Source: a virus (lineage: Duplodnaviria > Heunggongvirae > Uroviricota > Caudoviricetes). From it: 64,000 nt of DNA. The stretch lies in the IMG/VR virus record IMGVR_UViG_3300042544_003430. One strand, given 5' to 3'. The translations under genes and the position numbers were made by a program. Below are positions 44,795-54,914 of this stretch, one piece after another. Under the pieces are notes generated by a model. That model worked only from the letters and a program-made list of their open reading frames with translations, was not told where the DNA came from and ran no database searches. Within the stretch, counting starts at the first letter, position 1; every line of letters begins with the position of its first letter.

Positions 44795-46924
44795 ATGACT
44801 GAAAACAATATAATTGGAGAGAACTTATTGGGAGATATCTTATACACTCCTCCTAAAATTTCAATGGGACCTATCGATGACGATGATATTGATGATGTTC
44901 CAAGCTACAAATCTAATCCAACCTCTTCAACCACTCCTGCCCTAGATTCTTTTAGCAGGGATTTAACAGCTCTAGCTGCAAAGGGAGAACTTGATCCAAT
45001 TGTAGGAAGAGATTCTGAGATCGAAAGAGTTTCTCAAATTCTAGGTCGTAGGAAAAAGAACAATCCAGTTCTAATAGGGGAACCCGGGGTTGGTAAATCA
45101 GCAATTGCCGAAGGACTAGCACTTAGAATTTTCCAAAGAAAGGTTTCTAGAAATCTACTAAATAAGAGAGTAGTTAGTTTGGATATGGGTCTAATTGTTG
45201 CCGGAACTAAATACAGGGGTCAGTTTGAAGAGAGAATGAAGTCCATTATGGATGAGCTAAGAAAAAATCCAGATGTAATTATTTTCATCGATGAATTGCA
45301 CACTCTAGTTGGTGCCGGTGGTTCATCAGGATCTTTGGATGCTTCTAACATGGTAAAACCTGCACTAGCAAGAGGGGAATTTCAATGTGTTGGAGCAACA
45401 ACTCTAAATGAATATAGACAGTATATCGAGAAAGACGGAGCACTAGAAAGAAGATTTCAAAAAGTTATCATTGAAGCTCCAACTGCAGACGAGACAATTA
45501 TAATTCTAAACAATATCAAGGCTAAGTACGAGGATCATCATAATGTTCAATACACTGACGATGCTATCATCAATTGTGTTAAGTTAACAGAAAGATACAT
45601 TACCGACAGAAACTTCCCAGACAAAGCTCTAGATGCTTTAGACGAAGCGGGTAGCAGATCTCAATTAACCCAAGTTAAGGTTCCTGATGCATTGGTTAAT
45701 TTAGAGAAGAATCTAGAGAAAACTACAGAGGAGAAAAAGAAGTGTGTTACCAAACAGGACTATGAAGGAGCTGCCAAATATAGAGATCTGGAAAGAAAGA
45801 TTAAAGCTGGCATCGAATCGGAAACTAAAGCCTGGGAGCAAAAGCTAAAAGAGAAGAAGAAAATCGTAGACGGTGAAAAAGTTGCTGAAGTAGTTTCTTT
45901 GATGACTGGGATTCCTCTACAAAAGATCAGTCAGGACGAAAACGAAAGACTTGCTAAAATGGCTGAAGCTTTAAGAGATAGAGTTATTGGACAAAATGAA
46001 GCAGTTGAAAAAATATCAAAGGCAATTTTAAGAAATAGAATCGGTTTAAAAGACCCAAATCGTCCAATCGGATCATTTGTTTTTCTAGGACCTACCGGAG
46101 TTGGTAAAACCCAATTGGCTAAGGAATTGGCTAAAATGGTATTCGGTGATGCCGATGCAATGATTAGAGTTGATATGTCCGAGTACATGGAGAAATTCAA
46201 TTCAACCAAATTGATTGGAGCTCCTCCAGGATATGTTGGACACGAAGATGGTGGTCAATTAACAGAGAAAGTTAGAAGAAAGCCATATTCAGTAGTTCTA
46301 TTTGACGAGATTGAAAAGGCCCATCCGGATATTTTCAACTCTCTATTACAAATTCTAGACGAGGGTATGATTACCGATGGATTAGGAAGAAAGATTAATT
46401 TTAAAAATTGTTTAATCATCTTGACTTCTAACGTTGGTCAAAGAAAGGCTGCCGAATTTGGAGGAGGTGTAGGATTCAAATCTTTAGATAAGAGCAATGT
46501 GGAAAAAGAATCAAAGATCACGATCAGAAAAGAATTGGAAAAAACTTTCTCTCCGGAATTTCTAAACAGAATAGATGAAATTATAAACTTTAATTCTCTA
46601 ACTCAAGATGATCTAATTAAGATTATAGACGTTGAAATTAAAAAGATGACTCCGAGATTTGAAGATCTAGGGTTTAAATTAGTCATCTCTAAGGATCTAA
46701 AAGAAAAGATAGCAGAAAGAGGATATGACCCCAAATTTGGAGCAAGACCTCTGAAAAGACTTCTTCAAAAATATATCGAAGACACTATTGCAGAGCTCTT
46801 TATCCAAAAGAAAGTTGAATCAGGTTCTAAGATTACTCTATCCCTAGATTCTTCCAAAGATGCTGAGATCGAACCCCCAGTAAAGGTAAGAATCACAAAT
46901 CCAAAAAAGGGCTCAGAAGAGTAA
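44795..46924 (+). CDS. ClpC/ClpA-like double-AAA+ chaperone ATPase lacking Clp_N repeats
   Basis: D1 IGRDSEIERV...LIGEPGVGKSAIAEGLA. UVR-like KQDYEGAAKYRDLERK. D2 FLGPTGVGKTQLAKELA. C-terminal ClpB_D2-small-like region. Confidence 0.8.
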   Translation: MTENNIIGENLLGDILYTPPKISMGPIDDDDIDDVPSYKSNPTSSTTPALDSFSRDLTALAAKGELDPIVGRDSEIERVSQILGRRKKNNPVLIGEPGVGKSAIAEGLALRIFQRKVSRNLLNKRVVSLDMGLIVAGTKYRGQFEERMKSIMDELRKNPDVIIFIDELHTLVGAGGSSGSLDASNMVKPALARGEFQCVGATTLNEYRQYIEKDGALERRFQKVIIEAPTADETIIILNNIKAKYEDHHNVQYTDDAIINCVKLTERYITDRNFPDKALDALDEAGSRSQLTQVKVPDALVNLEKNLEKTTEEKKKCVTKQDYEGAAKYRDLERKIKAGIESETKAWEQKLKEKKKIVDGEKVAEVVSLMTGIPLQKISQDENERLAKMAEALRDRVIGQNEAVEKISKAILRNRIGLKDPNRPIGSFVFLGPTGVGKTQLAKELAKMVFGDADAMIRVDMSEYMEKFNSTKLIGAPPGYVGHEDGGQLTEKVRRKPYSVVLFDEIEKAHPDIFNSLLQILDEGMITDGLGRKINFKNCLIILTSNVGQRKAAEFGGGVGFKSLDKSNVEKESKITIRKELEKTFSPEFLNRIDEIINFNSLTQDDLIKIIDVEIKKMTPRFEDLGFKLVISKDLKEKIAERGYDPKFGARPLKRLLQKYIEDTIAELFIQKKVESGSKITLSLDSSKDAEIEPPVKVRITNPKKGSEE

Positions 46925-46934
46925 TATATAGAGC

Positions 46935-47129
46935 ATGATTTTTATAGATTTAAAGAAGGAGAAATCTCTGGATTCAGCTTTAAAGAAGCTAAAAAATAAA
47001 TTTTCTGAACGTAAGACAAAAGACGAACTTAACGAGAGAAGAGAATTCACCAAACCATCTGTGAGAAGAAGAAATCAAATAAGAGACGCAAAGTATAGGC
47101 AATCTATCCGTACGTCCGAGATAAATTAA
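46935..47129 (+). CDS. rpsU: ribosomal protein bS21 homolog
   Basis: KSLDSALKKLKNKFSERKTKDELNERREFTKPSVRRRNQ resembles the bS21 pattern (E.ALRRFKR...K.G...E.R.R.EF.KPS..RK). Preceded by motif B-like TAATATATAGAG. Confidence 0.55.
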   Translation: MIFIDLKKEKSLDSALKKLKNKFSERKTKDELNERREFTKPSVRRRNQIRDAKYRQSIRTSEIN

Positions 47130-47131
47130 AT

Positions 47132-47998
47132 TTGAAAAATATAATTCTATATGAGGAATTTTCCGACGGATTGAACCGTTTGAGATCGATTTTCGAATCT
47201 CTAGAATCAAATCCTATTGCTAACATAGAGGTTTATAACCGAAATATGGAAGCATCCTATCCGGATAAATTATTCTTTTTAGATATTATAAATCCGGATG
47301 TTATCGTAGATTTTGGGTGTGCAGACGGAACGATCCTTTCCAAGATGAAGGAGAAAAATCCAGATGTTAAATTGATAGGATACGATCTTAGTAAAGCTAT
47401 GCTTGCTAAAGCAAGAGCTAAACTAGGACCAGACGTTTTATTAACCGATTCTTGGAGTGAGGTTCAATCTGAATTGGAATCTTATGATAAACCAGCTCTT
47501 GTATTATCTTCGGTAATTCACGAAGTTTATTCTTATTCTCATCCTAAAGAAGTTAAAAAATTCTGGGAGGATAGAGTATTTGGTGGAGACTTTAAATGGA
47601 TAGTAATCAGAGACATGATTCCTTCTGTTGAAATGAGTAGAAAAGAAGCATCCGAATTCCAGGACGATGTTGACAAAGTTAAATCTGCGGCAGATCCAAA
47701 ATACTTAAAGTCTTACGAAGAAAAGTGGGATGATATTGGAAGCAGCTATAAATTCTTAGCTCACTTTTTACTAAAATATAAATTCACAGATAACTGGACT
47801 AGAGAAGTAGCAGAAAACTATCTTCCTCTTTCTCTTGAAACTCTATACAAGAAAATACCTCCGGGATATGAAATTATTTTTGAAGATAATTTTGTTCTTC
47901 CCTATCTAAAAAAAGAAGTCAAAAAGGACTTCGATGTAGACATTAAGCACACTACACATGCTAAAATGATTATAGAAAATAAAAATTTTGAAAAATGA
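47132..47998 (+). CDS. class I SAM-dependent methyltransferase
   Basis: VIVDFGCADGTILSKM motif I. N-terminus MKNIILYEEFSDG matches the family-type N-terminal peptide. Confidence 0.5.
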   Translation: MKNIILYEEFSDGLNRLRSIFESLESNPIANIEVYNRNMEASYPDKLFFLDIINPDVIVDFGCADGTILSKMKEKNPDVKLIGYDLSKAMLAKARAKLGPDVLLTDSWSEVQSELESYDKPALVLSSVIHEVYSYSHPKEVKKFWEDRVFGGDFKWIVIRDMIPSVEMSRKEASEFQDDVDKVKSAADPKYLKSYEEKWDDIGSSYKFLAHFLLKYKFTDNWTREVAENYLPLSLETLYKKIPPGYEIIFEDNFVLPYLKKEVKKDFDVDIKHTTHAKMIIENKNFEK

Positions 47999-48294
47999 AA
48001 AATCTAGCACTCTATGAATCTTTCACCGAATCTTTAAACGAATCAAGAACAAGAAAGAATCTAATGCACGAACTTCTTAACATTCCAGAAGATAAAAAAA
48101 TCTCTGACATTTATAAGAGCGGTAAGAAATTAGCAGAAGAATTGGTTGCAGCAATCAAGAAGAGCAACATAGTTCCAGAAAAAGAGGTTCAGAAAAAAGC
48201 TACCTCGATGCTAGCCTTTGTTGGTAACTGGCCTAATGATCCTAAGAATTCCGTTTTTGATGTTGCTCTGAGACACGTCAAATCTCTCTTTTAA
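47995..48294 (+). CDS. hypothetical protein (99 aa)
   Basis: N-terminus MKNLALYESFTES. ATGA overlap with the upstream gene. Confidence 0.35.
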   Translation: MKNLALYESFTESLNESRTRKNLMHELLNIPEDKKISDIYKSGKKLAEELVAAIKKSNIVPEKEVQKKATSMLAFVGNWPNDPKNSVFDVALRHVKSLF

Positions 48295-48329
48295 GAAACT
48301 TATCTTTCTTTTCCTGGTATAAATCAAAT

Positions 48330-49085
48330 ATGATCAAAGATTCAGACATAGTTTTTGTTACCCCTTCTTTATCCACTAAATGGATAAATTATCAACAGAG
48401 TATATTAAAATCAAATTTTCCTGAAAGTTCCTTCATTGTCGTCGACGGAAGAGGGGGATGGCCAAAGTCCTGGTTTCTTTGGATAAATGAGGTTAAGAAA
48501 ACAAATCAAAAATGGTATATCCATATCGATGAAGATTGCTTCATCGAAAATAAATCTGAAGTAATTAAACTCCTTGAAAAAATGGAAATGGAAGATATTG
48601 GGATTTCTGCTATTTCTGAAGCATATTGTCATTTCAGAGGAAACAATCCAGTAGCTTTCAACTCTTTCTTTTTGGCTGGTAGGGTTGAAGATTTGCAGCA
48701 TGTCAATTTAGATATTAAAAATATCGATTTCAAATACGATGGACAAAATTGGAAGAATTCTTTAGGAATTCATTTTAAGAAAGAATATTTGGATGATTTC
48801 ATATATCCTCACGATAAAATCTGGCCTCATGATAATATAGAATCTGAATGCGAACCTTTTTATCTTTTCTGCTGGCTGATGAAGGAGAACAAAATAAAAA
48901 TTCATTATCTTTACCCTTACTTTGATTCCAGATTTAAGTCAACCAATCCAAGGATTGAGAAAGATTCTCCTGACATAGCAATTCACATGTGGTACACTAG
49001 ATTGTGCGACAGTCCTATGGACGTACACGGTCTTCCTAATAATGAAAGATATCGTAGATTGGAAGATTACCTTAATTCTAAATAA
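48330..49085 (+). CDS. hypothetical protein at the start of the glycosylation cluster
   Basis: ORF with no firm domain. Confidence 0.35.
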   Translation: MIKDSDIVFVTPSLSTKWINYQQSILKSNFPESSFIVVDGRGGWPKSWFLWINEVKKTNQKWYIHIDEDCFIENKSEVIKLLEKMEMEDIGISAISEAYCHFRGNNPVAFNSFFLAGRVEDLQHVNLDIKNIDFKYDGQNWKNSLGIHFKKEYLDDFIYPHDKIWPHDNIESECEPFYLFCWLMKENKIKIHYLYPYFDSRFKSTNPRIEKDSPDIAIHMWYTRLCDSPMDVHGLPNNERYRRLEDYLNSK

Positions 49086-49122
49086 ATTCTAAATAAATTT
49101 GGATCTTTGATACATATTTTAT

Positions 49123-49344
49123 ATGCCAAAGAAAAAAATTAAGGAGGGGGAACTTTCTAGAAGAGAGCAAATGCTCATGAAAGAAAATGCTATCATCAAA
49201 GGAAAATTAGGATTTGCCCTTGGTGTATTGGAAACTGTTCAAATCTTAACTAGAAACGTAAGTCCTGAAATACTAGAGAAAAATCTGGAGCATCTGAGAT
49301 TGACAATCCCGAGATCTCTAGAGGACCTTAGATCTGGTCTTTAA
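49123..49344 (+). CDS. small hypothetical protein (73 aa)
   Basis: ORF only. Confidence 0.3.
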   Translation: MPKKKIKEGELSRREQMLMKENAIIKGKLGFALGVLETVQILTRNVSPEILEKNLEHLRLTIPRSLEDLRSGL

Positions 49345-49898
49345 TCAACTTTAATCAGTTTAATTGTAGCACCTTTATATCCCTCTGCTTCTTTAGCAAG
49401 AGTTAAATTTTCTTGGCTATCATCAAAGAAAGTCAAATGCTTAAATCCTAAATCAATTAAATCTTTTATTGCTTCCTTTTTTCTATCTGCAATGGTTCCT
49501 TTATAACCATACTGAGGATCACTTATAGCAATTACAAGTTGTGGATGTATGTCAATCCCATTTTCTAAAAAGAAGTCCCTCACGAGCTTGCTAGAGCTTC
49601 TAGCAGTCACAATAGCAACAGGGATTCCTCTCTTATAGTAGCTTTTGAGCTTGTTAAATATCTCATGGATAAATCTTCCCTGTCTTAGAATTTCAGGGTT
49701 TAGAAAATCCCCAAAATCCAGAACGTGCTTAGATGGTTTAGATTCGAATGTGTTGAATTCCTGAGGGGTTAAGGACTTGATAATTTTCCCGGTTTTTCTG
49801 TCTACAATTTTTATCTTTGCATCAGTTCTGACAATAGTATCATCTAAATCAAAAATAACTAATCTGTTACCGGTATCTATTCCTTTAATTTCTATCAC
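49341..49898 (-). CDS. HAD-superfamily phosphatase
   Basis: LVIFDLDDTIVRT (motif I) and VAIVTARS (motif II). Confidence 0.5.
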   Translation of the reverse strand: MIEIKGIDTGNRLVIFDLDDTIVRTDAKIKIVDRKTGKIIKSLTPQEFNTFESKPSKHVLDFGDFLNPEILRQGRFIHEIFNKLKSYYKRGIPVAIVTARSSSKLVRDFFLENGIDIHPQLVIAISDPQYGYKGTIADRKKEAIKDLIDLGFKHLTFFDDSQENLTLAKEAEGYKGATIKLIKVD

Positions 49899-49926
49899 TC
49901 TTTGGGATAATTTCCCTTATATATTT

Positions 49927-50595
49927 TTAAATTTTAACTTTTACGATTCTAGTTTTATCTGAGATCTTCCTTTCTTCTAAGATTTCATATTTTAGAGTTG
50001 TTAATCCATCCGAATTTATTTTTTCCATCGCATTTTTTTGCCCTTCAGGGGAGCTAAATGAGAAATATTTTTTAAGATTCTCGTCATATAAATCTTTGAC
50101 AATATTTCTTTCGTGAGCTAACGATCTATATCTTCCATTTTTCCTAGATGTTGGGATCCCATTTAAAATGCATCTCAACATAACGTCGTCATCCTCTGCT
50201 CCCCACCCCCAGTAATCGTTAGAATATCCATTTGCCTTGATAAAGGAATGCTTATCGAAAATGGTAACCCCTCCGAAATACTTATGGTAAGGGAGTTTGT
50301 ATCCAAATTGCTCCGCTTCAGCTGCTAAATGGGTTGGATTCGGGGTATAAGTATAATCCGATGTTATTGGTAACATATCAACGTCATGGAAACAATAGTA
50401 ATCTGCAGAAGGTGATTCAAGTGCTCCGACGTTTAATAATTTTCCTCTGTTGAAAGGTTTATCGTCCTGTTCAACAATTACAATCTCGTAATCCAAATCC
50501 CTTAAGAATTCTGAATTCTCCATATGGGGAACAAATTTTTTTAAATGTTCTTCTCTGTCCCTATATGGAACTATGATAGATAATTTTTTAGACAT
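49927..50595 (-). CDS. GT7-family beta-1,4-galactosyltransferase-like glycosyltransferase (eukaryote-type)
   Basis: LSIIVPYRDREEHL, FNRGKLLNVG, CFHDVDMLP, YFGGV, NGYSNDYWGWGAEDDD and DGLTTLKY align along the B4GALT catalytic domain. Confidence 0.8.
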   Translation of the reverse strand: MSKKLSIIVPYRDREEHLKKFVPHMENSEFLRDLDYEIVIVEQDDKPFNRGKLLNVGALESPSADYYCFHDVDMLPITSDYTYTPNPTHLAAEAEQFGYKLPYHKYFGGVTIFDKHSFIKANGYSNDYWGWGAEDDDVMLRCILNGIPTSRKNGRYRSLAHERNIVKDLYDENLKKYFSFSSPEGQKNAMEKINSDGLTTLKYEILEERKISDKTRIVKVKI

Positions 50596-50672
50596 CAGAT
50601 ATTTTAGTTCATACTTTTGTTAAAGTTTCCGAAACATTATTCTTCTTCCCCGGTATAATTTTAAATTATTCT

Positions 50673-51521
50673 ATGATTTATTTTAGAAGCATCGGCTACA
50701 TGGGAAGGCTTGGAAATCAGATGTTCCAGCTTGCTTCAACAGTAGGAATAGCAAAAGAAAGAGGATTTGGTGCCGGAATTCCTATTGAGAATTGCACCAG
50801 AAAAATTGGAAGCGGACCAATTGACGTTAAAACCGGATTACAGACGAATGTTAAGTGCGATCTTTTAGATTGTTTCAATATCCCGTCAAAATATTTAATT
50901 CCGTTCAGTGAGGTAAAACCTCAGTACATTTACTACGAGGGGGATTTTAAATTCAATCCTCAGGTTCTATCTTTGGAACCATATACAGATTTATCTGGAT
51001 ACTTTCAAACCGAGGAATATTTTAAAAAATATAGGGAAGAAATTCTAGAAATCTTTACTTTTAAAAAAGAAGATGAAGAAGAAGCAAGAAATTTTCTATT
51101 AGAGAAGGTTCATTCTCTATCATCAAATAAGAATGTAATTTCTATTCACGTAAGAAGGGGGGATTATACGCTATATCCAAACCATCATCCGGTTTGTTCC
51201 GATGACTATTATAAATCTGCAATTGAAAAATTCGATCTAAAAAATTCTGTGTTTCTAGTTTTTTCTGACGATATCGAATGGTGCAAGAAAAAATTTGAAG
51301 GAGACAGTTTTATATTTTCAGAAACTAACAATCCATATGTGGATCTTGCAATTATGACAATGTGTGACCATCACATTATTGCAAACTCTTCTTTTAGCTG
51401 GTGGGGTGCCTGGTTAAATAGATCTAAGGACAAGAGAGTTATAGCTCCTTCCAGATGGTTTGGTCCTTCTTTACCTAAAGACACGAGTGACATATATTGC
51501 GAGGGATGGGAAATAATATGA
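50673..51521 (+). CDS. GT11-family alpha-1,2-fucosyltransferase-like protein
   Basis: GRLGNQMFQLAS, ISIHVRRGDY and HIIANSSFSWWGAWL motifs. Confidence 0.75.
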   Translation: MIYFRSIGYMGRLGNQMFQLASTVGIAKERGFGAGIPIENCTRKIGSGPIDVKTGLQTNVKCDLLDCFNIPSKYLIPFSEVKPQYIYYEGDFKFNPQVLSLEPYTDLSGYFQTEEYFKKYREEILEIFTFKKEDEEEARNFLLEKVHSLSSNKNVISIHVRRGDYTLYPNHHPVCSDDYYKSAIEKFDLKNSVFLVFSDDIEWCKKKFEGDSFIFSETNNPYVDLAIMTMCDHHIIANSSFSWWGAWLNRSKDKRVIAPSRWFGPSLPKDTSDIYCEGWEII

Positions 51522-52276
51522 GCAACAACTTCTTTTCCATAACGATAAACACCTTTAATCACGAGAATTGGATAGAGGGATGTCTATACAGCTGTTTAAA
51601 CCAGGATTATGATAACTTTGAAGTTATCGTTATAGACGACATTTCAACCGATAAGACTTTTGAGATATGCTCCAGGATACAAAAAGAATTTCCAGGAAAA
51701 TTAAGAGCTATAAGAAATGAGAATAAAATATTCTCGCAGGTCCGAAATATTCTAGAGCTCACTCTTCTTTCTAAGGAAAATTCTATAGTGGTTTCTGTCG
51801 ATGGGGATGATTGTTTAAAAAACAACCAGGTTCTAAAAAAACTAAATGAGGTCTATAATTCCGGAGAAGTCTGGATGACCTATGGAAGATATGAAGAATA
51901 TCCTTATAACGACGTTTCTGGAAGTTATTATGCTTACCCAGATCATATAATACAAGGAAATTTATTTAGGGAATACAGATGGATGGCTTCTCATCTAAGA
52001 ACTTATAGAAGAGAATTGTTTTTGAAAATCAAGGAAGAGGACTTTAAATTACCCGATGGTGAATGGCTTGACGTAACAGGGGATCAGGCATTTATGCTTC
52101 CAATGTTGGAGATGTCAAAAGAGAGAAGCAGATTTATTCCTGATATTCTTTATGTTTATAACGTAGCTAATCCCACAAGGGACGGAGCAACTAAAGTTCA
52201 TAGACAAGAAGAGGTAGCAAGATACATTAGATCAAAAGAAAAATACACCAGATTAGAAACATTAAATGAAAGATAA
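51518..52276 (+). CDS. GT2-family glycosyltransferase
   Basis: FSITINTFNHENWIEGCLYSCLNQDYDNFEVIVIDDISTD. Start set at the ATGA overlap. Confidence 0.6.
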   Translation: MSNNFFSITINTFNHENWIEGCLYSCLNQDYDNFEVIVIDDISTDKTFEICSRIQKEFPGKLRAIRNENKIFSQVRNILELTLLSKENSIVVSVDGDDCLKNNQVLKKLNEVYNSGEVWMTYGRYEEYPYNDVSGSYYAYPDHIIQGNLFREYRWMASHLRTYRRELFLKIKEEDFKLPDGEWLDVTGDQAFMLPMLEMSKERSRFIPDILYVYNVANPTRDGATKVHRQEEVARYIRSKEKYTRLETLNER

Positions 52277-52961
52277 ATTTTTTATGGCTATTCTTTCTCA
52301 TAAGGGAAGTAAGCACAGGGATGAACAAAAAAAACATCTCCTAGAAACAAACAACGGTGATATTATATTCTATTATTTTATAGGAGATTTAAATCTAGAC
52401 TCGGAATATAAAGTAGACGAAGAGAACAAAATAGTCTATCTAAAAGTTCCTGATAACTACGAATCTCTTCCCTTAAAAACACAAGCAGCTGTTTCTTTTG
52501 TGAATGAAAATTATTCCGACTCGATTAAAGGAATGATAAAAACAGACGATGATATAGAACTGGATATCGAAAAGATTTATTCTTGCCTTTCTATTCACGG
52601 AGATAAAGATTATTTTGGAATAGTTACACAGATAACTAACCCTGAAAACGTATCGACCTGGCACATGGGAAAATGTGAATCCGCAGAGATGAATAGAACC
52701 CCAGTAAGAGTTCCTCTTTGTACCTATTGTGGTGGTGGAGGATATTACTTAAGTAAAGAATCTATCTCTAAAATTTCCCAATCAAAGGAAAAATATTCCA
52801 CCATGGTATTTGAAGACGCAGCTACCGGATACGTTTTAAATTCATTTGGAATCTATCCAACGTTTATTCACATGGGACAGAATGGATTCGATTGGCCTAA
52901 TATGGTACCTCCTTCTCCTCCAGAATCTAAGGTTCAAGTCAATCCAATGTTAATAAGATAA
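52266..52961 (+). CDS. possible GT31-like (fringe/galactosyltransferase-like) protein
   Basis: DDDIELD and YCGGGGYYLSKESI resemble GT31 motifs. Weak. Confidence 0.3.
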   Translation: MKDKFFMAILSHKGSKHRDEQKKHLLETNNGDIIFYYFIGDLNLDSEYKVDEENKIVYLKVPDNYESLPLKTQAAVSFVNENYSDSIKGMIKTDDDIELDIEKIYSCLSIHGDKDYFGIVTQITNPENVSTWHMGKCESAEMNRTPVRVPLCTYCGGGGYYLSKESISKISQSKEKYSTMVFEDAATGYVLNSFGIYPTFIHMGQNGFDWPNMVPPSPPESKVQVNPMLIR

Positions 52962-52962
52962 G

Positions 52963-53646
52963 ATGATATCAATTTGTATACCTTGTTACGAGATGCACGG
53001 GAGAGGAAAGGATTTTCTAGACTTTAATTTGGAAAAAATTAAAGAACAGACCTATCAAGACTTTGAAGTTGTAATTTCAGACCACAGCCAAAACGAGGAG
53101 ATTAAATCTGTATGCGAGAAATATTCATCATTGGGTATGGATGTTAAATATTTTAAAAACGAAAATAATAGGGGGAATTCCTCTAGTAATATTAATAATG
53201 CAATTTCTAATTCTACTGGTGAAATAATTAAAATTATTTTCCAGGACGATTTTCTATATCACATTAATTCTCTAAAAGAAATAAGAGATTCTTTTTCTTC
53301 TAATGATATAGACTGGCTGGTAACAGCTTCTTGTCACACTACAGATGGAATTAACTTCGAGAGATTTTATTATCCAAGATATACAGAAGACATTATGACG
53401 GGGAATAATTTAATAAGCTCTCCGAGTGTTTTAAGTTTTAAAAATACCGGAGATGTTTGGTTTGACTCAAATTTAATCTGGCTAATGGACTGCGATATGT
53501 ACAAAAGACTCTATATGAGATATGGGGATCCTTTCTATTTAAATCGAATTAATGTTGTTAACAGAACTTGGGAAGGTCAGTATAATAATCACATCCCTTG
53601 GGAAAGAAAAAAATGGGAAATAGAATACGGGAGACATAAATACTAA
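52963..53646 (+). CDS. GT2-family glycosyltransferase
   Basis: ISICIPCYEMHG...YQDFEVVISDHSQNE. Confidence 0.55.
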   Translation: MISICIPCYEMHGRGKDFLDFNLEKIKEQTYQDFEVVISDHSQNEEIKSVCEKYSSLGMDVKYFKNENNRGNSSSNINNAISNSTGEIIKIIFQDDFLYHINSLKEIRDSFSSNDIDWLVTASCHTTDGINFERFYYPRYTEDIMTGNNLISSPSVLSFKNTGDVWFDSNLIWLMDCDMYKRLYMRYGDPFYLNRINVVNRTWEGQYNNHIPWERKKWEIEYGRHKY

Positions 53647-53662
53647 TAATATATAAAATAAA

Positions 53663-54226
53663 ATGAATAATTTAGAACAAATTTACCTTAATAAATGCGC
53701 TACTGCATTAGACATCAACGAGCATTTACCTACTTTAAGGAGATACACAGAAGAATGCGACGTTGTTATCGAAATGGGGGTTAGAAGCATAGTTTCAACC
53801 TGGGCTTTTTTACTAGGGCAGCCAAAAAAATTAATCTCTGTGGACATCGTTCATCCTAAAACTTATATCAATCATGACCCGTCTGGATGCAATTTAGATT
53901 TGGTTTATGAAATTGCAGAAGAGAGAGAAATTGAATTTGAATTTATAGAGTCAGATACCTTAAAAATGGATCCCATTGAATGTGATTTTTTATTCATCGA
54001 TACCCTTCATGATTACGATCAACTAAAGGAAGAATTAAGAATCCATTCGCCTTCTGTTAAAAAATACATAGGCCTTCACGATACAGAAACTTTTGCAATC
54101 AAAGGAGAAACCCCAGGAAAAGAAGGAATCTGGAGAGCAGTGGAGGAATTCCTATCTGAAGGAGAATGGAGAATTGGAGAAAGGTTTACAAACAATAACG
54201 GACTTACTATTCTATCTAGGATTTAA
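53663..54226 (+). CDS. possible class I SAM-dependent (O-)methyltransferase
   Basis: VIEMGVRSIVST and LFIDTLHDYD resemble motif I and post-I of TylF/CmcI-like methyltransferases. Weak. Confidence 0.3.
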   Translation: MNNLEQIYLNKCATALDINEHLPTLRRYTEECDVVIEMGVRSIVSTWAFLLGQPKKLISVDIVHPKTYINHDPSGCNLDLVYEIAEEREIEFEFIESDTLKMDPIECDFLFIDTLHDYDQLKEELRIHSPSVKKYIGLHDTETFAIKGETPGKEGIWRAVEEFLSEGEWRIGERFTNNNGLTILSRI

Positions 54227-54248
54227 TGAACAACCCCCGAAATAAGAT

Positions 54249-54914
54249 ATGCTTAAACTAGAAAACGTAACTCTCATAGCTTTAACAAGCGTTAGAATCC
54301 CTCAGACAATAAAAGCTCTGGAATATAGTTGCAGGGGAATCCAATTTGGAGATGTTAAATTAGCTTCCGATATAAAACCAGAAAATTTACCTGCTTTCAT
54401 AAAACATGAGTATACCGAAAGAAGTTCAAATATTGATGAGTGGAATTATAATATAATTTATAATCTATCCAAACATATAGAAACAGATTATGCAATTCTC
54501 ATTCACGATGATGGTTTTATAGTAAATCCGGAATCTTGGAGGAATGAATTTTTAGAATATGATTACATAGGAGCTCCTTGGGCTTTACCTTCAGATGATT
54601 ATTCGTACCGTGATATAAATGGAGAAATCGTTCGCCAGGGAAATAGTGTTTCTCTAAGAAGTAAAAAATTAATAGATATTCCAAATAAATTAAATCTGGA
54701 ATGGAAGTCTTTCTATGGATTTACAAATGAAGACGGATTTATATGTGCGCATTATAGGCATAGGTATATAGAAGAAGGATGTAAATTTGCAGACATTGAT
54801 GTTGCCAAATACTTCTCACACGAAACAATGATACCAGAAATAGAAGGAATAAAACCATTTGCATTTCATAGACACTTTGGTACCAATTCGATTTACCCTA
54901 ATTATGGAAGATAA
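54249..54914 (+). CDS. hypothetical protein (glycosylation cluster)
   Basis: ORF only. Confidence 0.3.
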   Translation: MLKLENVTLIALTSVRIPQTIKALEYSCRGIQFGDVKLASDIKPENLPAFIKHEYTERSSNIDEWNYNIIYNLSKHIETDYAILIHDDGFIVNPESWRNEFLEYDYIGAPWALPSDDYSYRDINGEIVRQGNSVSLRSKKLIDIPNKLNLEWKSFYGFTNEDGFICAHYRHRYIEEGCKFADIDVAKYFSHETMIPEIEGIKPFAFHRHFGTNSIYPNYGR

